A stretch of DNA of 58,943 bases, the filler included, from Stramenopiles sp. TOSAG23-3 (taxonomy: Eukaryota): NCBI GenBank assembly GCA_900128585.1. It is 5 parts of 5 records of this genome, joined end to end, with 100 filler letters (N's around TTAATTAATTAA, not from the genome) between each part and the next. Parts side by side here need not be neighbours in the genome. Positions count along the whole stretch, not along the records: positions 26,324 to 52,448 come from LT642277.1; 4 more parts are not named here. One strand, written 5' to 3'. Each line of letters opens with the position of its first letter. Position 1 is the stretch's first letter. The notes below the pieces were generated by a model. The model was not told where the DNA came from. It did not search any database and was given only the letters and a program-made list of their open reading frames with translations. The position numbers and the translations under genes are program-made. Shown here piece after piece: positions 32,753 through 42,963 of this stretch.

Positions 32753-33097
32753 ATGGAATATTCTCCACCCTCCGGTCTAGACACGGGCTATGTAGAAATT
32801 GAAGACACGGAACCGGCTCCGGACGCGGAATATATTACAGGCAAAGGGAGACGCGCCGGCGATGGCAGTGAGGAAGGAGAACAATGCCCGTCACTTATGA
32901 AACACAAAGCACGTATTCATATGCTAGGTCTAATGATAAGTATGATTTATTTGTGTTATGTTGTTTTTGCAGTTCTAAACAACGTGTTTACCCCTTGGTC
33001 TTTGTTAGTGCTCATTCCGACATATTGGTGTAGCACGTACAAAGACGATCCCTGCAGATATGAAAAGAGAGAGTGGGCGTTAGAAACGCCTTGGTAA
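32753..33097 (+). CDS. Small membrane protein
   Basis: 114-aa ATG ORF with an acidic N-terminus and 1-2 hydrophobic segments. Confidence 0.5.
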   Translation: MEYSPPSGLDTGYVEIEDTEPAPDAEYITGKGRRAGDGSEEGEQCPSLMKHKARIHMLGLMISMIYLCYVVFAVLNNVFTPWSLLVLIPTYWCSTYKDDPCRYEKREWALETPW

Positions 33098-34001
33098 AGA
33101 AGCATTGCGTCATGAACAAGTAAATCGAGTTATCGATTTCGAAGCAGGCAAGCGCAAAAAATATTAATCGACAAGGTGCAATGCTTCTGTTGCAACTGCA
33201 AAATTAGATAAAAGGTTGCAAGATGCCAAAAAAATTGTTCGGGGGATAGAGGGTGGAAGTAAAAAAACAAATTATATAGTATGCAGTTCCAACCCTATAA
33301 TCCTAAATGCACATATCGATTTGTGGCAAAATCGAGAGATGCCTGCTCAAATAGAAAAAGAAAAGTTCGGCAGGATTCTTCAGAGACAAAATCCGCAAGC
33401 AGCAAAAAGAGGAAAAGTCGCAAGAATAAGAAATAAGTAAATGTACAACCAACAACAACGCACTTATATATACATGTGCACTACTTCTCCTTCTCACGAG
33501 CTCGGTAATTTCATACTTAATATTATTAGTAGTATGTAGTAGTATTATTATTTTAACAATAATAAATAGCCGAGTCCTCGTACCAAGTATGTTATCGTAC
33601 AATATTGATTGTATACACAGTAGCTAATAAATGTTGTTGTTATTCTTCTTTTGATTTTATGGCGGTGTGATTTCACTGGTCAGGTCTGAGGGTGTAGTAT
33701 TCTCTCTTTCCTATTCCTCGGTAGACTACGCCCTCTGTCCTGAAAACGCCCAGTGTGGCGTTCAACTTCTTCTCACCAAAAACTTAACCAAGAAAAAACA
33801 AAATATGGTCCCAGCCCCTGATGACAAGCCACGCATACGAGCCGTCGTCACGACTGTCTTCATCTCTCTTCGCTTGCAATATCCCGGTTACTCCAAGTAG
33901 CTGGTGGCTGGGTATGACGGCGTTCCTTTCTTCCTTCTTCTTCTTCTGCTGTTGTTGATATGTTCTTGTGAAGTTCATTTGTTATGATTTTTTCTCCCGG
34001 T

Positions 34002-34697
34002 TCATATTTTGTATTTTTTAGTCAAGTATTCCATTTCCTTTTTATTTGTCGCTATCGTTCCAGCGGGCAAAGCACTATTCATCAATGAGGGCGGAATGCT
34101 ACCTTTCAGATCTTGAAATATGAATTCTGTCATTTCCATGAAATTATCTTCGTCTTTGCTCATTTGAAACAAACATGAATTGTAATAATAAGCACGAATG
34201 GCATCTTCTCTCACGGGGAATTTTTCATGTCGACAAGTCCGAATCGTCACAAATATACTACCATCATCCCGTTTATCGATGGTATATTTCCATACGTGGT
34301 CGCGCGCTTTCATGCATGGTGCTTTTACCCGGCAGTATTTAATGTAGCCATCTGGCAGATCTTCCACGTCAACCCATTCCACAAGCCCGGGTAAATTTTC
34401 AGGGTTCAACAGAAACTCCAGAAAATGTTGTGGTTGAACACCTATATATTTTCCATCCCCACGAAGCAAATTATTCGGGTTACCAGATTCATGAGGCCGA
34501 AGACTTACCCTCATTTTGAAATTGTTTTTGTACTTCTGGGGCCAATCTTTCTTAATTTGCCACCCGTGAGTGTTGTCATTCCCTACTTCTTCAGCACACA
34601 GACGTAGAAATTCTTCGTACTCTGTTGCATCATCGCCAAGTGGAGTAGGCAACACGGGGTTGTGTCTTGATTTGAAACAGCAGCAACACAGCCCCAT
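34002..34697 (-). CDS. START-domain lipid-binding protein
   Basis: GWQIKKD, YCRVKAPCMKARDHV, HEKFPVREDAIRAY and QDLKGSIPPSLMN. The first ATG gives MGLCCCC (acylation-type N-terminus). Confidence 0.85.
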   Translation of the reverse strand: MGLCCCCFKSRHNPVLPTPLGDDATEYEEFLRLCAEEVGNDNTHGWQIKKDWPQKYKNNFKMRVSLRPHESGNPNNLLRGDGKYIGVQPQHFLEFLLNPENLPGLVEWVDVEDLPDGYIKYCRVKAPCMKARDHVWKYTIDKRDDGSIFVTIRTCRHEKFPVREDAIRAYYYNSCLFQMSKDEDNFMEMTEFIFQDLKGSIPPSLMNSALPAGTIATNKKEMEYLTKKYKI

Positions 34698-35337
34698 CTT
34701 GAAATTCACAGATTGAGTTGTTAGTAAATGGATCTGTTATACAGAAAAAAATTAAATTATATTCGTAAGAAACGAGTAAAATTTTCTGTTTAGATAATGT
34801 CAGCTTGAGAAACAAATTATCGTTATGTTCTACAATTAATAATAAATTATTTTAATTCTTCTTCTTCTATTTTTTTCTTCAGGGTTGCTTGTGCATACAT
34901 TAAGACCGGTCGGTTGTTATTTTCCGGAGATGTCTAAGGAGGCGTCATATTGTCATTGTTGTGTATTATTAACCCTTCTTCTTCTTCTTTTCTTCTTTTC
35001 TTTTTTTTTTTTTTTTTACAATAATTAATATGAATTTAGAAAGGGTTTCGACTTTCGACTATTATTCGTCAAAAATCGAAGAGAAGAAAAAAATAGTTGA
35101 TGATGCTGTACTGTTGTATTCTCTTAACGTTAATTTCTTTCTACCCTCTTCGTGTCGACGAAATTCGACAAAAAAGATTTTTTCTGTTTTTCAAATTGAA
35201 TTGTTATAGTTATAGGTACTTTTTGTATATTCTAAGAAATTTACATAGGAGATTACTAATATTTTTTTTATTATTATTACTACGGCACCAAAAAAAATAG
35301 TAGCGTTATTTATTATTGTTGTGACAGTGAGCTTGCG

Positions 35338-36225
35338 TCATATATTTTTCAAGTTTACGAAGGCATTTCTCCAAAACTCATCGTGAGCATCATCAGCTTC
35401 TGAAAAATGGTTTTGACACATGTTTAGAAAAACAGCTTCATTGCGAATGAAACAAAAATTTACATCGTTAAATAGACGATCAAATAGAATGCTCACGGAT
35501 TCGTAAAATATCCCATCAGGGGATCAGAGGTAGAGTTTAGAAGCAGAATGTTCCCGCAGAAACAACATCCCTTGCAAACGATCCATTAGAATACGGAGTT
35601 CCATCGGGTTAGATAAAATTAGTGGGTTTTGAAACATTTGTTTCACTGATCTAACGCTACTGAGAAAGCACATCCCATTTTCTCTGAGGTTTTGGTCAAA
35701 TAGGCCTCCGGGTCGACAGGCATAAATCCAAGTACCATCCTACCATTATGATCATACTTTCGTGATCGAACATACCCGAGCAATTTATCGATGTGCACCA
35801 GTACCTGCACTGTAGCCATGTTGTACCCAGTAGCTTGCCACCCAAAATTGACAAGATCAGTGAGATAAGCGAACGCCTTCTCAGTGTTGTATACTCGTTC
35901 GTTCAGGTTCTTTTTCTTAAACTCGTTACAATCGATCGTGGCATGGAGTATTGCGTCATAGTAATCATTAACCGTTTTGTCCATCGCAACCAACAAATCT
36001 GTGTGAAACAACCATTTCTGAGCGTCCAATTGTTTTGCTTCTACCGCCACCGAGTGCTTCAATTCAACTTTTGCTTTCATTTCCCGAACGGCATTGTCAA
36101 TGCCAGTAACATGCGCTGCCGCAGGCTTAACTGACCTGGATGCGGACAGCAGCAAGTCTGGCAACTCTTTCTTACTTGCGAGCTTTGAATTCCTCTAAAA
36201 CATTTGGAGAAGCCGCGGATTGCAT
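35338..36225 (-). pseudogene. Disrupted ORF of unknown family
   Basis: MQSAASPNVLEEFKARK, then a frameshift into the 173-aa frame (35643-36164), then further protein-like segments in shifted frames with stops (PDGTPYSNGSFARD; PDGIFYESVSILFDRLF..DEFWRNAFVNLKNI*). Confidence 0.45.
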
Positions 36226-36233
36226 TATTACAG

Positions 36234-36272
36234 AATGAGAGTCTTAAAACATACTCTATATATTTTGTTTTA
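36234..36272. repeat. Single-arm copy of the 29252 palindrome sequence
   Basis: AATGAGAGTCTTAAAACATACT is identical to 29258-29279. The following TATATATTTTGTTTT also matches 29397-29411. Confidence 0.75.
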
Positions 36273-36440
36273 CACTGTACAGATGATATAAAATTTGATT
36301 TTAGGTTTAATTTAAAAAAAACAGAATTATCAATCACATCAACAATTGAAATTTACCAAAATGCGTACAATACGTTTTTTAATGTAGAGTGACTTTCTAT
36401 CTCTAAGCGTCTACGTGCGCCTGAATTCAGCGTTTCTTTG

Positions 36441-38006
36441 TTAACTAAACAAAATTGAACCATTAGCGTCAGTAGCGGCCGTGTTTGAGTTTGGGATAAG
36501 CAGCGGCGTTTTCCCGTCTGCACTGCTCATGTGCGAGGCCGAATCGTTCTCCAACAGCGACCCCCCGTTCCCAGCGTTGGGCACGTACGGGACAAACGTT
36601 TTTGACAACCGGGCGAAGGCAACGGCGTTGAGGACCATGAGTCCAGCAAAGATTAGGTAAATCATCGTCGGGTCAATGTTTTTCAAAACGTTGTACAAGA
36701 ACCCCCCTGCAAAGTCGCCAACCGCGGTCGTCAGCAAGAACAAGCTCATTATTGTCGATTTCATTGTTTCAGGGGCATTCTCGTAGGCAAACTCCAGGCC
36801 CGCAATGGAGACGAGAATTTCCGAGACACTCAGCACAACGTACTGCGGAAGCTGCCACAAAATGCTCACGGAATTCGGGGCCTCGCTGGAATCGATAATG
36901 TACTGAACAAACGCAGAGATGAGGAACGCGGCGGCCGCGACAAACATGCCGACGCGCATTTTTGCCAGACTGCTGATCTTGTACATCCCCCCTTTCGACA
37001 CGAGCGGGTAGATCCAATTGTTGAACAGAGGGATCATCGCCAAGACCAGCACCGGGTTCACGATCCCCATCTGCTCCGGCTCTAAAATGCCGTGCCCGTC
37101 CATTTTGTTGGCCTGCAGCGTCCACGCGCTGCCCTGCTGGTCGTAGAGCATCCAGAATGAGGGGAGGCAGGTAAAGACGACACCAATCCGGGCAACGGCG
37201 ATCGCTTCAACAATCGCGTCCCGGTCGCATCCGGGGTGCCCCGCCGCGCACGTCAGCCAGTGGACCTCGCCGAAATCGACGTCGTTGCCGTACTCGACCT
37301 GCTCTTGCCTCGGCAACGTGCCCGCACTCACGGCGCGCGCGGTGGCAATGGTGCGCATCACCCTGCTGATCGGGCTGCCGCTCAGAGGCGTGTTCACGTA
37401 CTCCTTCCGGGCGCGCCAAAACAGGTACGTCGCGAGCAAGAGTAGGATGCAAGGGACCAAGAAGGCTACGAAATAATCAAAGTATCTTTTCAGCAACGGA
37501 GTGATTATGTACGACGCCACGGAACCGGTGTTGATGCAAAAATAAAACGCCATGAAGTACCGGGTGATGTCCTGCTTGTCATCCTGGTGGTACTGGTCCG
37601 CGCCAAACGAAGAAACGTTTGGCTTGATCCCCCCCGTCCCTATTGCGATAATGAACAGGGCAAGAAGGCAGCCGCCGACCGAGCTGAAAATGCTGGTCAG
37701 GGACAACAAAAGGCTACCAACACAGTACAATATCGAAAACCGTATGATGGTCTTGTACTTTCCCCAGTACGTGTCTGCGACGTACCCCCCGATAAGTGCC
37801 ATAGAATAAGCCATCCCTGAAGAGTACAAGAAGAGCGAGATCGCACTGTTTTCCGCCCACTTCAACCGTTCTACGCAGTAGAGGGTCAAAATAGAACGGA
37901 GGCCATACCACGAGAACCGTTCGCACGTTTCCGACAGCAATATATTGATGACCCACGGCGGCCCTCCCAACCACTTTTGAATGCAATTTCTATTGTTACT
38001 AGACAT
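36441..38006 (-). CDS. POT/PTR family proton-dependent oligopeptide transporter
   Basis: ExxERF motif ETCERFSWYG, GGYVADTYWGKYKTI, IAIGTGGIKPNVSSFGADQ, FYFCINTGS and EFAYENAPETMKS. Confidence 0.95.
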   Translation of the reverse strand: MSSNNRNCIQKWLGGPPWVINILLSETCERFSWYGLRSILTLYCVERLKWAENSAISLFLYSSGMAYSMALIGGYVADTYWGKYKTIIRFSILYCVGSLLLSLTSIFSSVGGCLLALFIIAIGTGGIKPNVSSFGADQYHQDDKQDITRYFMAFYFCINTGSVASYIITPLLKRYFDYFVAFLVPCILLLLATYLFWRARKEYVNTPLSGSPISRVMRTIATARAVSAGTLPRQEQVEYGNDVDFGEVHWLTCAAGHPGCDRDAIVEAIAVARIGVVFTCLPSFWMLYDQQGSAWTLQANKMDGHGILEPEQMGIVNPVLVLAMIPLFNNWIYPLVSKGGMYKISSLAKMRVGMFVAAAAFLISAFVQYIIDSSEAPNSVSILWQLPQYVVLSVSEILVSIAGLEFAYENAPETMKSTIMSLFLLTTAVGDFAGGFLYNVLKNIDPTMIYLIFAGLMVLNAVAFARLSKTFVPYVPNAGNGGSLLENDSASHMSSADGKTPLLIPNSNTAATDANGSILFS

Positions 38007-38840
38007 AATCCCCTAGCTTTTATCTTCTCCCCCCCCCTTCATTTACACCAAAAAAGACTAAACCAATGCTATTTTAAATTCGAACTTTGAATAAATAATT
38101 TATAGTGTTCTTCATTCCATTCGATGTATGAACATGTATATCTATCTAATTCAGCCATTTATCCAGAACGAACGAAGAAGAATAAAAAAATATAATAATA
38201 ATATTTAATAAAATATAAGAAGAAGAAGAGAATAAATAAAAAAACTAATAAATTTGAAATATTACGTAAAAGACTAATAAAAGCTACACCATGATTCAGG
38301 TACACTCATTGACATTATAATTATAATAATAGAATTTAAATTATTTTAAGAATCTATTATTTGAATAAAATGAATAAATTACCTTATTCTTCATCCCTTT
38401 TGAAATTCCAATTTATTAATTTATTATTATTATTATTTTTTTTTTGATGATTGATTTCTTCTTCTTCTCCTCCTCGTCTTCCTCTTCTCTCAGGTCGTCC
38501 GTCCGCCGTCGTCCCTTTTCTCGTAACTGCTATAATCGCAGACGACGACACTATATATCTAAAAACTCTAAAATATTTTTTTAAAAAAAATATTTAACCG
38601 GCACTTGTTTATTAGGTTTATGTTGTTTGTTCAGAATTAGGATATATATATATATATTGTGTAGTTATTTATTTTTCATTCACGCCAATTAGCAGATTTG
38701 AATGTTCAACTAAATAACCCAGAGAATTACAGAAATAAAAATATTTTCTTTGGAAGCATACCATTGGGAGCGGTTCGTTGGGTTCATTCGTTTTAGGGGT
38801 GTACAGGTGTCGGTAGGGTAGAAGTAGAGGGTTGCTGCGG

Positions 38841-39671
38841 ATGAGGAGAGCGGGCAAGGGGGGCGTCGTTACGGCGGCCGAGCGTCCGACGCCGGGCGAT
38901 TCGCAAAAGGGGGTGCCCCATTCCCAGGTAGAGCTGCCAATTATGCACAAGCTCTGGTTTCGTGTTCTTATCGCAACGGCAATTTTGGCAGCCTGTTTTT
39001 TCTATGTATACACGAACAGAATGATCGGCACGGGGGACTGGTGCTTGCGGACGGAGGAGCAAGTTGCGAAACAGTGCGACTTGCTGACGAAAGTTGCAAA
39101 CTTGTTACAGGCCCATAACTTTCAGAGTTGGGTCTGCTACGGCACTGCCCTCGCGGCGTATAGAAATGGAAAACCGATCCCGTGGGAGATTGACGACGAT
39201 TTGTGCGTGTTACAGAAGGATTTGGCCAACATCCGTTTTATCCTAGAAGAATCTGCGAAAGACTTGAACATCGAGGTGATCTACGCCGACGATTTCAACG
39301 TGGTCGCAATGCAAGTGCGCCTGAAGCATGTCAACGGTGTCCTTCCGGCTGGGGATTATACAATAGACTTTTACGCCCATAAAGAGCACACTTTTTTCAG
39401 CAGCATCAGAATGATGCAAAACGTGGCCCTAATACGGGACCGCATGAAAAGGGACATGCCGACGAGCATGCTTTACCCGTTGCAACCGATGCCGTACTGC
39501 GCCCACCCTGACCGCATCCGTGACGGCGCGGAACAACCTCCGTTATTTCGTGGCCCAGGCAACATCACCGAGTACTTGACCCATTTGTACGGCACAACAT
39601 TTAGAACACCAAACACGATTGTTGATAGCAATGGCTGGAGGGGATGGCGATGTTATTTTTGGAAAGCATGA
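38841..39671 (+). CDS. LicD/fukutin-family phosphotransferase, type II membrane protein
   Basis: N-terminal TM segment, then WVCYGTALAAYRNGKPIPWEIDDDLCV (LicD signature), IDFY and YLTHLYGTTFRTP. Confidence 0.85.
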   Translation: MRRAGKGGVVTAAERPTPGDSQKGVPHSQVELPIMHKLWFRVLIATAILAACFFYVYTNRMIGTGDWCLRTEEQVAKQCDLLTKVANLLQAHNFQSWVCYGTALAAYRNGKPIPWEIDDDLCVLQKDLANIRFILEESAKDLNIEVIYADDFNVVAMQVRLKHVNGVLPAGDYTIDFYAHKEHTFFSSIRMMQNVALIRDRMKRDMPTSMLYPLQPMPYCAHPDRIRDGAEQPPLFRGPGNITEYLTHLYGTTFRTPNTIVDSNGWRGWRCYFWKA

Positions 39672-40130
39672 AAGAAAGAAAGAAAGAACACCATGCTTCT
39701 TATAAAATATGTATTATTTTATTGTATTATATATTATATTGATTTTTGACAGCAGAGGAGGAGCGGCAAGCACACAACACAGAGCAAATAAATAGCAGGG
39801 GAGGGAGGCGTGATGTGGAAGAAGAAGAAGAGGAATTATATATTAAATAATAATATTAATATTAAATCCATCACCCCCACCACACACATCATCAATCACT
39901 GTCGACGATATTGGGAGTACCGGTACCGGTAGTAGTAATAGTAGTAATAAGAAGTAAAAAAAAAATATAAATAATAATAACATAATAACAAAAAATCTTC
40001 TTTTCTTTCTTTCCCTTTTTTTCTTCTCTTTCTGCACGTTTATAAATAATTATAATCGAGGAGAAACGATAACCTTGGACGGTAGTTTATACAGAGATAT
40101 AGTAGTGTCCACCCCAAAGGTGTTCGCCCC

Positions 40131-41489
40131 ATGTCCGCTCTCGCGTCCAACCCGGAAGATGGGGTCAACGGGACGGAGTCCATTCCCACGACCCCCGAAG
40201 GGTTCAATGCGCTGGGTTGCAAGCTCCAGGCCATGGGGTTGGTGTCAAGGGCGATTAGTCAGTACCGGAAGGCGCTTAAACTGACTGGCAATACGCACCA
40301 AAAAGCAAACTTCAACATGGCAATTTGCCTGTGCGAGTTGGCAAGGCGACAGGGGTTCGACGGAAAGGACAGTATCAAGAGGGCGTTCTGGAAGAAGGCG
40401 ACGGTGCACTACAAGAAAGTGATCGGTTGTGAGTCTGGGCAAGAGGATATTATGATCGAGGCAACGTCCAACCTCGCCGTGCTTCAAATGAACCTGGGCG
40501 ACCTTGACGAAGCGCACGCCCTTGTTCGCAGGGTTCTGGAGGAAACGCTCAACGTTTCCCCTGAACGGCGGCGGGACGCGCGTTGGAATTTGAACAGTAT
40601 ACTTCGGCGCATGGGGCGAAAGGACGAAGCGATTCAGCGCATGCGAAGTGGGATCAGCGCTGCCTTGGCGAAATCGAGCGAGCGGGGACACGAGAGCGTG
40701 CCGTGCTTGAACTGTGACAAGCTCAGAGAGTGCGCCGGCCAGGCCGGCGGGGGAGGGGCTGGAAGGATTGCCGTCGTGTGCGTCAAGTGGGGCACCAAGT
40801 ACGGTTTCGACTACGTAAAGAATTTGTGCGACGGGGTGAAAACACACCTTTCCTTGCCCCACGATTTCTACTGTCTGACTGACGACCTCTCGTCTTTGTC
40901 CGCTTCTGGTTCCGAAGCGTACGATATCAAAGGGATCCAACTTGAGACTGGGTGGACGGGGTGGTGGAACAAGCTTTGCCTGTTCTCAAAGCAGTCGACG
41001 CTGTCAAAGTTGGACCCGCGGACCACGAAGGTGCTGTACGTGGACCTGGATACGATCGTCACGGGTTCCCTGGACGAGATCGGGGGGTACGGCGGGCCTT
41101 TTGCTATCTTGTCCACAGATGGGTTGGATAACGAGGGGAGCGATTTTTCAGACGGTTACAACAGCAGCATAGTTATTTTTGACGTGACCAAGCCGGCCGT
41201 GGTCGACCTGATCGAGTCCACCATTTACCGCCCCCTTGCCCACCATTTTGAAGTCACCCACCAGTTCGTTCACCGGTTGGACCATTGGTTGGAGATGACC
41301 GTCCTCGCCGCCGACCTTCTCCAAGACCTGTTCCCGCATCAAATCCTAGAGTACACCCACGACATTGTCAACGGGAACAATGGCAAAGTCCCTGGTAACG
41401 GGCGTATCGTTAACTTTCCCCTTGCCCCCAAACCCCACCAAATATGCGACAGCCACCGCTGGATGCGAAAGGATTGGGGGATGAAATAA
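40131..41489 (+). CDS. TPR-repeat plus GT-A (GT8-like) glycosyltransferase fusion
   Basis: N-terminal TPR-like helices. C-terminal VVCVKWGTKY..YVKNL..FYCLTD, GWWNKLCLF, VLYVDLDTIVTGSLD (DxD), YNSSIV and NFPLAPKPH. Confidence 0.8.
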   Translation: MSALASNPEDGVNGTESIPTTPEGFNALGCKLQAMGLVSRAISQYRKALKLTGNTHQKANFNMAICLCELARRQGFDGKDSIKRAFWKKATVHYKKVIGCESGQEDIMIEATSNLAVLQMNLGDLDEAHALVRRVLEETLNVSPERRRDARWNLNSILRRMGRKDEAIQRMRSGISAALAKSSERGHESVPCLNCDKLRECAGQAGGGGAGRIAVVCVKWGTKYGFDYVKNLCDGVKTHLSLPHDFYCLTDDLSSLSASGSEAYDIKGIQLETGWTGWWNKLCLFSKQSTLSKLDPRTTKVLYVDLDTIVTGSLDEIGGYGGPFAILSTDGLDNEGSDFSDGYNSSIVIFDVTKPAVVDLIESTIYRPLAHHFEVTHQFVHRLDHWLEMTVLAADLLQDLFPHQILEYTHDIVNGNNGKVPGNGRIVNFPLAPKPHQICDSHRWMRKDWGMK

Positions 41490-41939
41490 ATCAATGATAA
41501 TGATTGGAATAGGGTTATATATACCATCCCCAATTCGATGCTGTACAATCTATTGTCTTACGAAGTACACATTTCCGTATACTTATGTGTGTCAAAATAT
41601 CTACTCGTCGACTATTATCAACATAGAATATACCCAAAAGCATTTACATGTCCTATCTAATCGTTCTATACAACTACATTTATTCAAGTAATCTTTTCTT
41701 TTTCTCTGAAAGAGCCCTTGCGTAACATATACACAGCATTCATGAACAATTAAATGGCTGCGAGGGACACTTCAAATATCATTTCAGCGAAAGAATCGTT
41801 TTGTCTTCCAATTTCCAATTATTCAGTTATGTACTAAACATTACAATAATGTATTATACTAAAATAAGCAATTTAGTCAACCCCAACGTCTGTCTTCCTC
41901 TTTGAAAATTCAGAAGCCGAAGCCGAAGGAAGCCAGGAG

Positions 41940-42221
41940 GGAAGAAAGAAAAGAAAGAAAAAGAAAAGAAAGAAAAGAAAGAAAGGAAAGAAAAGAAGAA
42001 AGAAAAGAAAGAAAGAAAGAAAAGAAGAAAGAAAAGAAAGAAAGAAAAGAAACAAAAGAAACAAAAGAAACAAAAGAAACAAAAGAAAGAAAAGAAAGAA
42101 AAGAAGAAAGAAAAGAAGAAAGAAAAGAAAGAAAAGAAAGAAAAGAAACAAAAGAAACAAAAGAAACAAAAGAAAGAAAGAAAAGAAAGAAAACAAACAA
42201 ACAAACAAACAAACAAGAAGA
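41940..42221. repeat. Compound purine-rich minisatellite (AAAGAAAGA / AAAGAAACA 9-mers)
   Basis: About 280 nt without T on the + strand, built from 9-nt unit variants. Confidence 0.9.
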
Positions 42222-42963
42222 AATAGTCTATAGTCTAAGAAGGAAGGAATAGGAGGAAGCGAAGCGAATGAAGCCTTTTTATTTAGGAGTTTTAAAAAAA
42301 CAAAAACAAGAAAGATAAAATAATTCATATTTAAGGAGATAAACTTTCTTTATAATCCATTTGTTATGATAATACCATTGTAAATGTATGTATTTAGATG
42401 AAATCATTTATTCATATTAATAAATATAAATAGAATCAAAAAGTGATAAAGTATACCTATTTTACATATACATAGCATATATAATATATATAATTATATA
42501 ACCTTAATTATGGATTATTTGGTCCAGCTCTTTTATTTTTATTTTTTTGTGGCTATTTTTATTTTCTTTCTGCAGCATCACCACCACCACATCAATTACG
42601 TAATAATGGAGCACAACCAAAAAACCAATAAGACCAAAAGACCAAGACCAGGGCACCCCCCTCCCCCCACCACGATGAGATAAAGGCATGGGAGACGAGA
42701 AAAGGAAAGAAGTTGTTTACAATCAGTGAACGTCCTTTGTACAACAACAACAACAACAACAAAAGTCGAATTTCTTTTTTCTTTTCTTTCTAAATTTTAC
42801 TATCTAGTTTTAAAAACAGAGTCTTGCTTGAGCACCACACGCCCAACCAAGACCACTTTCGAAACCACGGGGAACACAACTCAAAAAGCAGGGGTATTTG
42901 AGGAGGGCAACCAGAACCACAATCTTTAGCACCTTCATATCCAACACGTAAACGTAAACAAAA

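Noticed and set aside
33099..36225. Stop-codon reassignment suggested by in-frame TAA in several fragments
   Set aside because: Conserved genes (UCP-like carrier, PTR, INO1, methyltransferase) are long stop-free frames ending in TAA at plausible positions, and the broken ORF at 35338-36225 also has frameshifts.
41854..42328. K/E/R-rich and F/S/L-rich ORFs on both strands
   Set aside because: They are by-products of a T-free minisatellite and show no real protein features.
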